A stretch of 64,000 bases of DNA. Source: an uncultured Nitrososphaerota archaeon (GTDB taxonomy: Archaea; Thermoproteota; Nitrososphaeria; Nitrososphaerales; CADDZS01). Of this stretch, positions 10,764 through 21,660 are shown piece by piece (the first letter of the stretch is position 1; every line of letters begins with the position of its first letter). The notes under the pieces are model-generated. The model was given only the letters and a program-made list of their open reading frames with translations. It did not search any database and had not been told where the DNA came from. The translations under genes and the position numbers were made by a program. The DNA is taken from contig CAWCYI010000004.1 of NCBI GenBank assembly GCA_963799845.1, positions 992,001-1,056,000 of the forward strand. Reading direction: 5' to 3'.

Positions 10764-11165
10764 ATGAACTCCAGAGAAGTAGCTAAACTCAGCGAAATCC
10801 CGATGGGAAAGATGAAACACGTAAAGGCGTTTGACGAGGACATTTTGCTCTCCAATGTGAATGGCACGATTTATGCAACCACGAATCGTTGCGGACACCA
10901 GAACGCGTCACTTGCAAAAGGAACTCTCAACGGAGATGTTGTTACCTGTCCTCTCCACGCGGCAACTTTCGACGTCAGGACCGGGAAAAATCTCACAGGC
11001 CCACAGCTGATGATGCCGCCGGAAGTAATGCAAAAACTTCCCCCGGAGATGCTCGTGATGTTCAAGAAGACCGGGGAAATTCTCTCGGAAATAGAAGTCC
11101 AGCCTCTGAAGACCTTTGCCGTCGATGTCAAGGGCGATTCAATTTTCGTGAGCCGGCCCGAGTGA
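10764..11165 (+). CDS. Rieske [2Fe-2S] ferredoxin
   Basis: NRCGHQ and TCPLHAATFDVRTG Rieske motifs. Confidence 0.9.
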   Translation: MNSREVAKLSEIPMGKMKHVKAFDEDILLSNVNGTIYATTNRCGHQNASLAKGTLNGDVVTCPLHAATFDVRTGKNLTGPQLMMPPEVMQKLPPEMLVMFKKTGEILSEIEVQPLKTFAVDVKGDSIFVSRPE

Positions 11166-11353
11166 GATGGTAAATTCCACGATTACTTGTCAGTCTCAAG
11201 TAGTCGGAGGATGTTTCTCTTTCGTAACGTCATCCATATATGCCCAATACTTTAGATTGCTAACGTAAGATTGCGTAACGCTTAAAGTATGTCGTGGCTA
11301 ACAAAGTTATATGCATCTAAATTTCGCAGATTGAAAATCAGTAGTGAACAAGC

Positions 11354-12367
11354 TTGACGGAAATTATCAATGTTAAAGATCTCGTGTTAACCTATGCCGA
11401 CGGTACGAAGGCTGTCCAGGGAATTAGTTTCTCTGTAAACGAGGGAGAGTTTTTCGGCTTCCTTGGTCCCAACGGTGCAGGAAAAAGTACTACAATCAAG
11501 ATTCTAACGACGCTTCTTCACAAGACTTCAGGAACTGCATCAGTTTTGGGCTATGATGTTGAAAAGCAGGCGGGAGAGATTAGAAAGTTGATGGGCGTCC
11601 AGAGCCAGGAAAGCTCCGTTGATCCAGAACTAACCGGTCGTGAAAACATGATCCTCGAGGGAAATCTTCAGCAGATGCACGGCAAGGAGCTTGAGGAGAG
11701 GGTGGATTCTCTTTTGGAAATAGTTGGACTAAAGGATGCTGCCAACAAGCGGGCGGGTAGGTACTCTGGTGGAATGAAAAAAAGACTGGATCTCGCTTCA
11801 ACTCTGGTTCACAAACCGAAGATTTTGTTTCTGGACGAGCCGACGACGGGACTCGATCCTCAATCCAGGGCGACCGTGTGGGATTACATGGAGGAATTGA
11901 ACAAGAAGGAGGAGATCACGATTTTCTTGACCACCCAGTACCTCGAAGAGGCAGACAGGTTATGCCAGCGCCTCTGCATTGTGGACGTAGGAAAAATAGT
12001 TGCTCAGGGCTCGCCTGCTGAGTTAAAGGCGGAGATCGGAGCCGACGCGATCACAATCACGATGAAAGACCCCCAGGGCAAGAGCGATGAATCTGTCCGC
12101 GCCGCTGGTAGGCAGTTAGTCTCGACTCTTCCGAACGTCGTGAACGTCGTGGATTCCGGCGACGGACTAACAATTTATGCAAAAGATGGAGGGTACTTCA
12201 TCCCGGACCTTGTCAGAGCATTTGACAAATCCAACATCAAACTCGTTTCGATTAACCTCTCATCGCCAACACTTGATGACGTTTTCCTGAGACACACCGG
12301 CAAGAGAATCAGAGTGGAGGAGCTGCAGAAAGCCGTGCCTACTATGTTTGCGAGGGGACGGAGGTAG
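11354..12367 (+). CDS. DrrA-type ABC exporter ATPase
   Basis: GPNGAGKST, YSGGMKKRL, LDEPTTGLD, PTLDDVFL. Confidence 0.92.
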   Translation: MTEIINVKDLVLTYADGTKAVQGISFSVNEGEFFGFLGPNGAGKSTTIKILTTLLHKTSGTASVLGYDVEKQAGEIRKLMGVQSQESSVDPELTGRENMILEGNLQQMHGKELEERVDSLLEIVGLKDAANKRAGRYSGGMKKRLDLASTLVHKPKILFLDEPTTGLDPQSRATVWDYMEELNKKEEITIFLTTQYLEEADRLCQRLCIVDVGKIVAQGSPAELKAEIGADAITITMKDPQGKSDESVRAAGRQLVSTLPNVVNVVDSGDGLTIYAKDGGYFIPDLVRAFDKSNIKLVSINLSSPTLDDVFLRHTGKRIRVEELQKAVPTMFARGRR

Positions 12368-12374
12368 AAAGAAA

Positions 12375-13148
12375 ATGACGCTTCTATTCGACACTCGAAA
12401 CCTGTTCATAAGGGCATTGAAGAAGCTGACCCGAAATCCGATCTTGATATTCTTCTCGCTTTTTCAACCCATAATATTCCTCGTCTTGTTCACCCAGCTG
12501 TTTCATTCGTTCAATCTCTTACCTGGTTTCCCAAAGGGCGTGTCTTACCTTCAGTATGCGGCGGCGGGTATTCTTTTACAGAATGCGTTCAGCAGTGCGC
12601 TTCAAGCGGGAACTTCGATTGTAGACGATATTAACTACGGCTTTTTATCGAAGATGCTTGTAACGCAGGTAAGTCGACCAGCGATTTTGCTTGGAAGGCT
12701 TTCGAGCGACGCGTTCAGGGTCACGGTACAGTCGATCATAATTCTCGTGCTGGCGTACCTTCTAGGATTCAGAGTAGCTACTGGTTTGCCCGGAATCCTA
12801 TTGATGATTTTCATAATCGCGTACTTCGGACTGGCCTGGTCTGGCATTTCCCTCGCGCTGGGGATGAAGACGAAGAGCTCGGAGACCGTGTTTGCAATCG
12901 GCGGGTTCCTGACATTCCCCCTGCTATTCGCGAGTACTGCTCTGGTGCCAGTCAGTTTTATGCCGCAATGGATGCAGGACGTTTCCATGGTTAATCCGAT
13001 AAGTTATGCGGTTAATGCCGTGAGAGATCTTTCGCTCCCGGGCTACTTCTCGGCCAGTGCCGAATTAACTTCCTTAGGAGTCATTACGCTCATCGCGGCT
13101 ATCACATTGTCAGCGACGCTCTACCTTTTCAGGAAAGTCGTTTCCTGA
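12375..13148 (+). CDS. ABC-2 type permease
   Basis: 6 TM; SLFQPIIFL, MPQWMQDVSMVNPISYAV. Confidence 0.9.
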   Translation: MTLLFDTRNLFIRALKKLTRNPILIFFSLFQPIIFLVLFTQLFHSFNLLPGFPKGVSYLQYAAAGILLQNAFSSALQAGTSIVDDINYGFLSKMLVTQVSRPAILLGRLSSDAFRVTVQSIIILVLAYLLGFRVATGLPGILLMIFIIAYFGLAWSGISLALGMKTKSSETVFAIGGFLTFPLLFASTALVPVSFMPQWMQDVSMVNPISYAVNAVRDLSLPGYFSASAELTSLGVITLIAAITLSATLYLFRKVVS

Positions 13149-13205
13149 GCTTTCTGACCAAAGATTAGATCGGTCTATCCGTTGGAAGAAAAGCCCCGAG
13201 TGGTC

Positions 13206-14735
13206 CTAAAGGAGGAATCGTGCCACTTTACCCAGTGGAGACGGGAGAAAATCTTCCAAGTAACGCTTGTCGTCTTCATCTAAAAGTCCGAAGGCGCGCA
13301 CGCACATCAGAACTACTGCCTCCCCGATTAGAGCGTACGGGATCAGGGTTATCGTGCTATCTGATACAAACGTGGACAGTGAATACAACACAGCGAACAT
13401 GATGAATGAAATAACAAACACCTTGGCGTAGAATCCATAGTCAGCCACGCCTTTCAGATAGTACTTTGTCAAGTATACAGCCATAAGAAATCCTACGATA
13501 TCAACAAGGATTCGGCTAGCTGTTGCTCCCAGTAAACCAAGACTGGGAACCATCAACACGGACAAAACAATATCCAACACTACAGTCACGATTCCTATTA
13601 GCAGAACTTGGGTTGTTTTCCCGGTTGAAAGAAGTAGTGAAGTGGGTATTCCCTGCATCGCAACAAAAATAAAGAAGACAGACATCAGCTGCAAGGAGAA
13701 ATTGGCAGCAAGATAACTTACGCCTCCTCCAGTAAACAAATTAATCATTTGAGTAGAGAGAGCCGCAAGCGCAAAGGACACGGGAATCAGAGCAAGTAGG
13801 GAGTACCTGAAAGCTAGCCTCAAACCGGTGGAGAGCTGCTTGTGATCTCCCGAGCTTGACGAAGTTTCTGGTAAGAATGCTGTATTGAGTGGCGTAAAGA
13901 ACACCACACCAAGACCACCTACAATAGAAATCACGGCGTTGTACGCCCCCAGTTGGGTTTCGTTTAGCAACCCACCCACAACTAGTGGATCAGCCGCACC
14001 AGTAGCGACTGTAACAATTCCTGCAATACCAAGAGGGATAGAGTACCTAAGCACTTGCCTGAATGCCTGTTCCTGTGTTTTCGTGGAATCCGCTGGCAAA
14101 AGGCCCTTGCGAGTGATCGCTAGAGACCAAATACAAATCACAGCACCATATACGACCCAAGCAATGATGGGAACAATTACACTTTGAAACTCGAGCAGTC
14201 CGAGTACTGTGAGACCAACCATCGCCAGACTCGCACTCATGAGAATCTTTGCGAGAGAACCATATTTCTTCATCCCCTGGACGAGACCCTGAAATATCCC
14301 TGAAATTGTACTGGAGAAAATCCAGGCCCCTGACGTCGCAAAGATCCAAGCTGAGCCTGTACTTTTTGTAAAATAGAAAGAAAGTGTTGGCGAGAGCAGC
14401 AAAACCACAATCGTAGCGGCAGAAGAGAAGATCAATGAAAGAACTAGTATTGACCTTGAAATCATTCTAGACTCTCCTTCATTGTACGCCATAAATGCAA
14501 CGAACCTTGTCGCAGCAATTTGCAGCCCAAATGAAGCAACGGATGATCCAATCAAAGTTACGAGCACAACTCCAGAATAAAGACCGAACGCGGAAGGCGA
14601 CAAGATATGAAGGAGCAAAGCAAGGAAGGCAGAGCTAAGAATACTATTGACTACATTCTGAATCGTTAGAGATCTGATACCGGAGACGATGTTCTTTGCC
14701 CTTTCTGATGTGGTCACAACACTCTGTCCGGACAA
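13206..14735 (-). CDS. Oligosaccharide flippase (Wzx/MOP family)
   Basis: About 14 TM; FGLYS, LRYSIPL, LGAYNA, MVPSLGLLGA. Confidence 0.85.
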   Translation of the reverse strand: MSGQSVVTTSERAKNIVSGIRSLTIQNVVNSILSSAFLALLLHILSPSAFGLYSGVVLVTLIGSSVASFGLQIAATRFVAFMAYNEGESRMISRSILVLSLIFSSAATIVVLLLSPTLSFYFTKSTGSAWIFATSGAWIFSSTISGIFQGLVQGMKKYGSLAKILMSASLAMVGLTVLGLLEFQSVIVPIIAWVVYGAVICIWSLAITRKGLLPADSTKTQEQAFRQVLRYSIPLGIAGIVTVATGAADPLVVGGLLNETQLGAYNAVISIVGGLGVVFFTPLNTAFLPETSSSSGDHKQLSTGLRLAFRYSLLALIPVSFALAALSTQMINLFTGGGVSYLAANFSLQLMSVFFIFVAMQGIPTSLLLSTGKTTQVLLIGIVTVVLDIVLSVLMVPSLGLLGATASRILVDIVGFLMAVYLTKYYLKGVADYGFYAKVFVISFIMFAVLYSLSTFVSDSTITLIPYALIGEAVVLMCVRAFGLLDEDDKRYLEDFLPSPLGKVARFLL

Positions 14736-14994
14736 AGAATTCGCTGTTCCGACAGGTGCGCCAGAGTCAAGATATATGTTATCTCATTCCCACCGGTAAC
14801 TTGGGATCTGGGGCGTCGAATTGTCGTGGAGACCAAAACAGCATAAAACGGCTATAAGGAAACTGGGTTACGTGACCACGGAAAGCGATGTCATGATAGG
14901 CAAGACTACCGCTAACGATGCGATATGGCCATCCAGAAAGTACCGGCCAAAATAGGGAGTAGTTAATAGTGTATCCAGTGGAGTTAATACCAGA

Positions 14995-16504
14995 GTGCCA
15001 TTACACAAGCTGTTGATTATCGGAATCGACGCTGCAGATTTTCAGTTAACACAAAGTTTCATGGATAGCGGAGAGTTGCCGCGACTTTCTACTATCCGGG
15101 ATAAGAGTAACTTTTCATGTTTGAAGTCGGTTATCCCTCCGAACACGGCTCCCGGATGGACGTCAATTACCACCGGTGTGAACCCCGGCAAGCATGGAAT
15201 ATACTATTTCTATAATTTTTCAACTTCTCCGCTCACGATAACTAACGCCACCCATACTTCTACTCCAAGGATCTGGAATTACGTTGAAGCTCTTGACGAA
15301 AGATCAGTAGTTGTCAACGTTCCGGTCACTTATCCAGTGCACGAGATCGCAGGCTCTATGGTGACAGGGATCCCTCCCTGGTACATCGACCAAAGATCCG
15401 TTTACCCCGATGATCTTCTGAAGAAGTTGAAAAGCGCGGATTACGAAATCGATACTCCGATGAGCAGAGGCCTCGAAAAACGACCCGACGCCCTGGTCTC
15501 TCGTCTTTTGGCGACGGAAGAAAAAAGAGTGGATGTTTTCCTCGATTTGCTCAGGGAAAAAGAATGGTCGTTTGGCATGATAGTTCTAACCGCTCTGGAT
15601 CGGCTTCAGCACAAACTGGTCGGGAAGGGGGAGATTGAAAGTAAAGCCGTCAGGCGCGGCTATCATGAAATCGATGGGCTGGTCGGAAAAATTATTGATT
15701 CATTGGGAGGCGAAATCAATGTTCTTGTAGTTTCGGATCATGGTTTTAATTCAACGCCAATTGCATTTTATCCGAATGCGTGGTTGCACGAGCAAGGTTT
15801 GTTGCAGAGGAAGTCTTCTCTTCGCTACCGTACCTCAAAGGTTTTGCATGATTTGTTTGACGGACACCTGCTTTGGTTACCTCAAAGCATGACAAAGAGA
15901 TTTCAGGGAGCAGCAGTAGTCGTGCAGACTATCGACGCTGTGGATCTTGCAAAATCGCGGGCCTTCGTGCCGGGTACTGACGGAATAATCGTCGTGAAAT
16001 CGAAGGAGGATGAAAAGTCAATCATTTCAGGTCTTTCGGAACTGAAGGACGAATCTGGAAGGAAAATTTGCAGCATTTACACCCGAGATCAGGTCTTCAA
16101 AGGAGCTGAGACTCGATTCCGCTCCTGAATTGCTGATTGTTCCACGCGACGATGTCAACATTAGATCCGATCCATTCAACGACAAGGTTGTCTCCGGCCT
16201 TGGAAATTTCCCAAAGGGAAATCATGGGCCGAATGGAATATTTCTAGCAACAGGCCCGAGTATCAGGAAATCTGCAAGCCTTGAAGTTTATCTGGAAGAC
16301 GTGGCTCCTACGTCGCTTACATTAATGGGAATAAAACCGCCAGATTCCATGGATGGGCACGCTCTTCAAGATATCATGGTTGCGCTGAATTATTCTGACT
16401 CTCTCAAGCCAGCGAAGGTTATCGGTGACGATCGCGACTTTGCATTCTCGGAGAAGGATGAAAAAAACGTTATGGACAACTTGAGGCGTCTTGGTTATAC
16501 GTGA
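14995..16504 (+). CDS. Alkaline phosphatase superfamily (type I phosphodiesterase/nucleotide pyrophosphatase-like) protein (indel near 16105)
   Basis: IIGIDAA, SVIPPNTAPGWTSITTGVNPGKHG, DRLQH, SDHGF, GNH..GIFLATGP, C-terminal NLRRLGY. Confidence 0.88.
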
Positions 16505-16534
16505 TGCCGGAAAGATCATGGAGGCAAGATAGAT

Positions 16535-17734
16535 TTGCGGAAAGATAGCTCCACGCTCAAGCCGGAATTTCTCGGGAAGAAACTAGATCATGTTCGAAAA
16601 GAGATGGAAGATTCGGACATCGATCTCTGGATTACATTTACAAGAGAAGGAAATCCTGATCCCGTATCGACCGATCTCGGGCTGGAAAACGCAGTCTGGA
16701 AAGCGGCAGCGCTTCTCGATGCCCGGGGAGGAATGAATGCAATTGTGGGCGGTCTGGACTCCGAAGCTGTGCGTCAGAGGGGAATCTATGATCAGGTCTA
16801 CGGTTACGGGAAGGAAGGACACGCCCCCAAACTCGTGGAGTTTTTGAAGAAATCAAAAGCGAAGAAAATTGCGATTAATACTAGCGACGATTTCGGTTTC
16901 TCAGACGGCCTCACTCCCGGAATGCTCAGCTACCTGAAAAAATGTGTCCTAAGAGCAGGCGGGAAAAGAAAGCTTGTCTCTGCGGAAGATCTGATTATCA
17001 CGTTGCGTGCCCGTTTGATTCCCGAGGAAGTCGATCTCATGAGAAAGGCGGTGGAGCAGTGCGAGGCAGTTTTCGACGTCGCGGAGAAAGATATTATCAA
17101 GGCGGGGAGGACCGATAAGCAGATCCACGAGATGTTTCAAGTGGAAGTGAGAAACAGGGGCCTCGAGCTTTCATGGGGAGAGGATCACTGCCCGGCGGTG
17201 GTTGTCGGGAACGATGTCTTCGGACATTCGGGATTTTCAGGGCGTACTCTTGAAGACGGTGATTTGATTCACTTCGACTTTGGTGTGAAATATGAGGGAT
17301 ATTGTAGCGATCTTCAGCGGGTTTACTTCGTTGGAAAGAGTTCTCCTACCGAATCAGTCCGAAAGCTGTTCAAGGCAACGAAAGATGCGACAGATGCGGG
17401 AGTGGACGCGATTAGGGCATGGGTCAAAGGATACATTGTTGACAAAGCTGCCCGTGATTCTGTGATAGCATCGGGGTACCCGGAGTACCTTCACGGGACG
17501 GGTCACCCGATCGCTCGCGCGACCCACGAAATAGGTCCAAATATCGGCCCGAGGTGGCGAGAAAGGTACGGCAGGTCCATGGAGAAAAAACTCGCTCCAG
17601 GCATGATTTTCACGGTCGAGCCATCTGTCGTGGGAGATGACGGGACGATGAACATTGAACGAGAAATTCTGGTAACAGAGAACTGGAAGGAATCATTTTC
17701 GACGGCGGAAGAGGAACTCTACCTGCTGGGCTAG
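16535..17734 (+). CDS. M24 family Xaa-Pro aminopeptidase
   Basis: DFG...YCSD, HGTGH..HE, TVEP, IERE metal ligands. Confidence 0.9.
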   Translation: MRKDSSTLKPEFLGKKLDHVRKEMEDSDIDLWITFTREGNPDPVSTDLGLENAVWKAAALLDARGGMNAIVGGLDSEAVRQRGIYDQVYGYGKEGHAPKLVEFLKKSKAKKIAINTSDDFGFSDGLTPGMLSYLKKCVLRAGGKRKLVSAEDLIITLRARLIPEEVDLMRKAVEQCEAVFDVAEKDIIKAGRTDKQIHEMFQVEVRNRGLELSWGEDHCPAVVVGNDVFGHSGFSGRTLEDGDLIHFDFGVKYEGYCSDLQRVYFVGKSSPTESVRKLFKATKDATDAGVDAIRAWVKGYIVDKAARDSVIASGYPEYLHGTGHPIARATHEIGPNIGPRWRERYGRSMEKKLAPGMIFTVEPSVVGDDGTMNIEREILVTENWKESFSTAEEELYLLG

Positions 17735-17820
17735 ATCAAAGTTTTTCTTATTACATACGAAGATGAAAGACGTCCCACCTTACTTTATTTATGGAACTGC
17801 GGGATTGAGCTTTCAAAGAA

Positions 17821-19842
17821 ATGTTCGAAAGACTTTTCTCGCCGATCGAAATCGGTCCGATCAGAGTAAAAAATCGGATTCAGCTTCCGCCGCACTCGCT
17901 CCACTATTTTGAGAATGGACTTCCAACCGACACTTTTCTCGAATATTATCTGGAGAGGGCCAGGGGCGGAGCCGGTCTGCTTGAAGTGTCGCAAATTTAC
18001 ATCAAATCTCCTACCGGAGTATTCTACCCGGAATGGGAGTACGACAACAAAAAAACGTGGCCGATGGTAAACAAACCGGAAATTGTGCAGAGCCTCAAGA
18101 AGCTCGCGGATGCCGTTCACGAGTTCGAGTCCAAGATTTTCATGGAGGTTTCTGCGTGGACTTTTCTTTACGGACCGGTTTCGAGCGTCCCCTTCGAAAC
18201 TGGCGTTAACCTGAACGAACTTACAATCTCGGATATTCACGAGATCGAGGAGGGATTTGCCGAAGCCTCTGGGTATGTGAAACAGAGTGGATTCGATGGA
18301 GTAGATCTGCATGGAACACACGGTGCCATGATCGAGCACTTTTATTCGCCAGTGATGAATCGGCGTGATGATCGATACGGTGGAAGTTTCGAAAACCGGA
18401 TGCGCTTTCTTCTTGAGTTGATCGAGATTGTAAAGGGGACAATCGGAGACTCCGTGGCTCTCGGAATGCGGCTCTGTGCCGATGAACAAATCCAAGATGG
18501 GGTGACTCCTGATTATGCCGCGAAGATAGCCGAAGTATTGGATGGACGCCTCGACTTCATCAACGTGGATCGAGGGTCGATGTACAACTACGATGTTCTT
18601 GATCAGAACGCACTCCAGACCGAACCGTTATACTCTCCCATCGGCTACGGAACTTACTTGTCCGAACCTATCAAGGCGAAGGTTAAGGAGACCAAAATCG
18701 GCCTCGCCGGAAGAATAACCGATGCCCTAATTGCTGATACGATCCTGGAAAGAGGTCAGGCGGATTTCGTTGGAATGACGAGAGCACTGATAGCGGATCC
18801 GTATTTCCCGAAGAAAGTCTTGGAGGGCAGAGTGCAGGACGTGAGGTCGTGCATTGGAACGCTTGAGGGATGCTGGGGAAGATCAGCAGCCCACGACTAC
18901 CCGATGAGATGCTCAGTGAATGCCGCAGTCGGGAGGGAATCTGAAAGAGGAGAAATGAAGATTCGACAGACTACAGTCCGGAAAAAAGTTCTTGTGATCG
19001 GCGCGGGCCCCGCAGGACTTGAAGCTGCACGCGTGTGCGCTCTCAGAGGACACGAGGTCGTCGTCTACGAGAAAGAATCGAAAGCTGGAGGACAGGTGAA
19101 TATCGGAAAGCTCATTCCGGGTAGATCAGACATTAGCTCGCTAGTCACTTGGCTAGAAAACCAGCTAAGATCTCTGAACGTCCGGATAGAGTACAATCGA
19201 GAAGTCCCTCCGTCGGAGGAGGTCGTGAAGTTTCTCGTTGAAGAGGAGGAGAAGCCCGACGTGATCATTCTCGCGACCGGTTCAACTCCGATCAAGAGCG
19301 GTATCCAGATGATTTCATTCCAGGAAGTTCCTGGATGGAAGGAGGCTGATGTTCACTCCGTCGATGAGCTTCTCTCAAGGCAAGTCCAGATTTCGGGAAG
19401 GAGGTTCTTAGTTGCTGACAGCACTCCGTACCTTCAGGGCCCGGGCGCTTGTCAGATGCTCGCACGAAACGGAGCTTCAGAAATTACCTTCGTAACTCCC
19501 CAGACGGAGATTTCCCCAGAGATGAACGACTATAACCAACTAATATACACAGTCAGAAGCTTGCGAGAAAATCATGTGCGCGTCCTAACATATTCCTGGA
19601 TCAGAAGAATAAACACTGACGGTGATAAGAAGGTCCTTGTTTACGACATTCCCACGGGCCAGGAAACAGAAGTACTGGTTGACGAGGTAATATTCTATAC
19701 GGGTCGAAAGCAGAACAATTCTCTTCACTCGATGTTCAAGAGTCTCGTCGAAGAGGTCTACGAAGTCGGAGACTGCCACATCGCTGGGGGCAAAATCCTG
19801 TCTGCGATAGACGAAGGGTTCAGCGTTGCAATGAAAATATGA
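17821..19842 (+). CDS. NADH:flavin oxidoreductase (OYE barrel + FAD/NAD domains; FadH/TMADH-like architecture)
   Basis: YYLERARGGAGL, NRRDDRYGGSFENRMRF, RALIADP, VIGAGPAGLEAA. Confidence 0.9.
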   Translation: MFERLFSPIEIGPIRVKNRIQLPPHSLHYFENGLPTDTFLEYYLERARGGAGLLEVSQIYIKSPTGVFYPEWEYDNKKTWPMVNKPEIVQSLKKLADAVHEFESKIFMEVSAWTFLYGPVSSVPFETGVNLNELTISDIHEIEEGFAEASGYVKQSGFDGVDLHGTHGAMIEHFYSPVMNRRDDRYGGSFENRMRFLLELIEIVKGTIGDSVALGMRLCADEQIQDGVTPDYAAKIAEVLDGRLDFINVDRGSMYNYDVLDQNALQTEPLYSPIGYGTYLSEPIKAKVKETKIGLAGRITDALIADTILERGQADFVGMTRALIADPYFPKKVLEGRVQDVRSCIGTLEGCWGRSAAHDYPMRCSVNAAVGRESERGEMKIRQTTVRKKVLVIGAGPAGLEAARVCALRGHEVVVYEKESKAGGQVNIGKLIPGRSDISSLVTWLENQLRSLNVRIEYNREVPPSEEVVKFLVEEEEKPDVIILATGSTPIKSGIQMISFQEVPGWKEADVHSVDELLSRQVQISGRRFLVADSTPYLQGPGACQMLARNGASEITFVTPQTEISPEMNDYNQLIYTVRSLRENHVRVLTYSWIRRINTDGDKKVLVYDIPTGQETEVLVDEVIFYTGRKQNNSLHSMFKSLVEEVYEVGDCHIAGGKILSAIDEGFSVAMKI

Positions 19843-19952
19843 TTCTACGATAGACTCGCAATTTTCTTATTGAAGTCTCGAACGTTAAAAAAAATTCTAA
19901 TTTCATGGAGTCTGAAAGGGTTATCAATCAGGCTGAGGTGGGCGGTAAACAA

Positions 19953-20711
19953 ATGAGAGACTTTTCGGGAAAAACCGTTCTTGTGACCGGTGGATCGAGA
20001 GGAATAGGCAGGGCGTGCGTTATCGCCTTTGCCCGCAACGGGGCCGACGTTGCGATAAATTATAACAAGAACGAGGGAGAGGCGCAGAAAGTTCTCGGAG
20101 AGGCGCGGGCTCTGGATGTAAGATCAGAGATTTTTAGGGCAGATACCTCAAAGTCGGACGAAGTCAACAAAATGGTTAAGGATGTGGTAGAATATTTTGG
20201 AAAAATTAACATCCTGGTCAACAATGCAGGGGTCCTTAGAAGGACTCCGTTTCTCCAGATCACCGAAAGCGAGTGGGACTGGGTGCTCGACATAAACCTC
20301 AAAGGATATTTTCTCGTGGGACAGGCGGTCGCAAAGCAGATGGTCGAGCAAAACACGGGAGGGGCAATCGTGAACATTTCGAGCAACAACCAAGAGAGGG
20401 CGGCAGCTCTCTTGACTCATTACAACGTATCCAAAGCAGGAGTCGCGATGCTGACCAAGACGATGGCCAATGAACTCGCTCCGTACCGGATACGAGTGAA
20501 CAACGTAACTCCAGGCCTAACTGAAACCGACATCAACCGGAAGGACATTGCAAATAAAGAGTGGAGAGATGCGCGAATGGCGAGGATTCCCTTAAAGATA
20601 ATCGCTACGCCCGAAGATATTTCCAGCGCCGTGCTCTTTCTTGCTTCTGAGGATGCAAAGTTGGCTACAGGTACGACTGTCTGGATGGATGCGGGCGCGA
20701 CGATAAGCTGA
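19953..20711 (+). CDS. Short-chain dehydrogenase/reductase
   Basis: TGGSRGIG, NNAG, YNVSK. Confidence 0.92.
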   Translation: MRDFSGKTVLVTGGSRGIGRACVIAFARNGADVAINYNKNEGEAQKVLGEARALDVRSEIFRADTSKSDEVNKMVKDVVEYFGKINILVNNAGVLRRTPFLQITESEWDWVLDINLKGYFLVGQAVAKQMVEQNTGGAIVNISSNNQERAAALLTHYNVSKAGVAMLTKTMANELAPYRIRVNNVTPGLTETDINRKDIANKEWRDARMARIPLKIIATPEDISSAVLFLASEDAKLATGTTVWMDAGATIS

Positions 20712-21211
20712 TGCAATAATTCTATTCATTCGACTCACAGATTTCTACAACCCTTTGTCGAAGCAGAGACCTTTGACTATTATTGTGAGGTCATTGTGTT
20801 GGAGAAAGGAGTAACTGGAGCTCAGAAGCCGGAAGAGTAGAACTTATATCGCTCGGATTCAAGGCCTTACCAGTCTGGTTCTCCAGAAAGGGCGTTAATT
20901 CAATTCTACGGTAGATTCCTCAGGACTCTTTTCCTGTTTCTTGGATTCCTCACTATCGTTTGAAGCCTCAAGCAACTCGCGTCTCATTTTTATCAACCTG
21001 TATCTATTTCCTGCATTCAATTTTGTTCACTGAAGAAATAATGATTCGATGGCATCGTTGAAAAGAGTTTTCATCCACAAATGAAAACTCACGATGCAAG
21101 GTTGGAAACTCCAGATCCAGAGTACGGTTTGAGACGTACATTAATTACAAACTCGAAAAGTAGAGTGCAAATTTGGAAAAATGTCAATCTAGAATATTTT
21201 TGTTCGGCCCA

Positions 21212-21490
21212 TCAAAGGGCTCTTAACGATGAATTTCCGTTGATATTGTTGGATCTGCCTTTTTGTTTGAGATACTCTCTTCTTGCGAACAGATAAAATC
21301 CAATATCGACCAGACCGGTACCGCCAAATATTATTGCTGCACCGTTCAAATACGAAGTATAAGCGCCGAAGAGGTTAATTCTGAAAGAGAAAAGTGCGAA
21401 GGCAGCAATCCCTAGAGAAAGGACTGTCGAGAAAAGATAACCTCTAGTCCTTTTCTCGGCTAATTTGAGTTCTCCCTCCTGAGCTAACAT
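21212..21490 (-). CDS. Small two-TM hypothetical protein
   Basis: Two hydrophobic helices; TTTAG/CTTAG upstream context is weak. Confidence 0.55.
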   Translation of the reverse strand: MLAQEGELKLAEKRTRGYLFSTVLSLGIAAFALFSFRINLFGAYTSYLNGAAIIFGGTGLVDIGFYLFARREYLKQKGRSNNINGNSSLRAL

Positions 21491-21660
21491 TAAGGATTTG
21501 ATGTGAAAGGTAGGATTTAGACTTTCTTAGTTTGGAGTATACTTCGGTAAGAGAGCGCAATGGATCTCAAAGGTCGATCCTGTTGATTTTCAAATCACCT
21601 GGAGAACCAATATCACCGCTATTGCCCAGCCCGCAGCAGATCGGGTGGAAGCTCTCATAT

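Noticed and set aside
20895-21020. Possible 41-aa minus-strand ORF (NAGNRYRLIKMRRELLEASND...)
   Set aside because: TTG start, no motif, no independent support.
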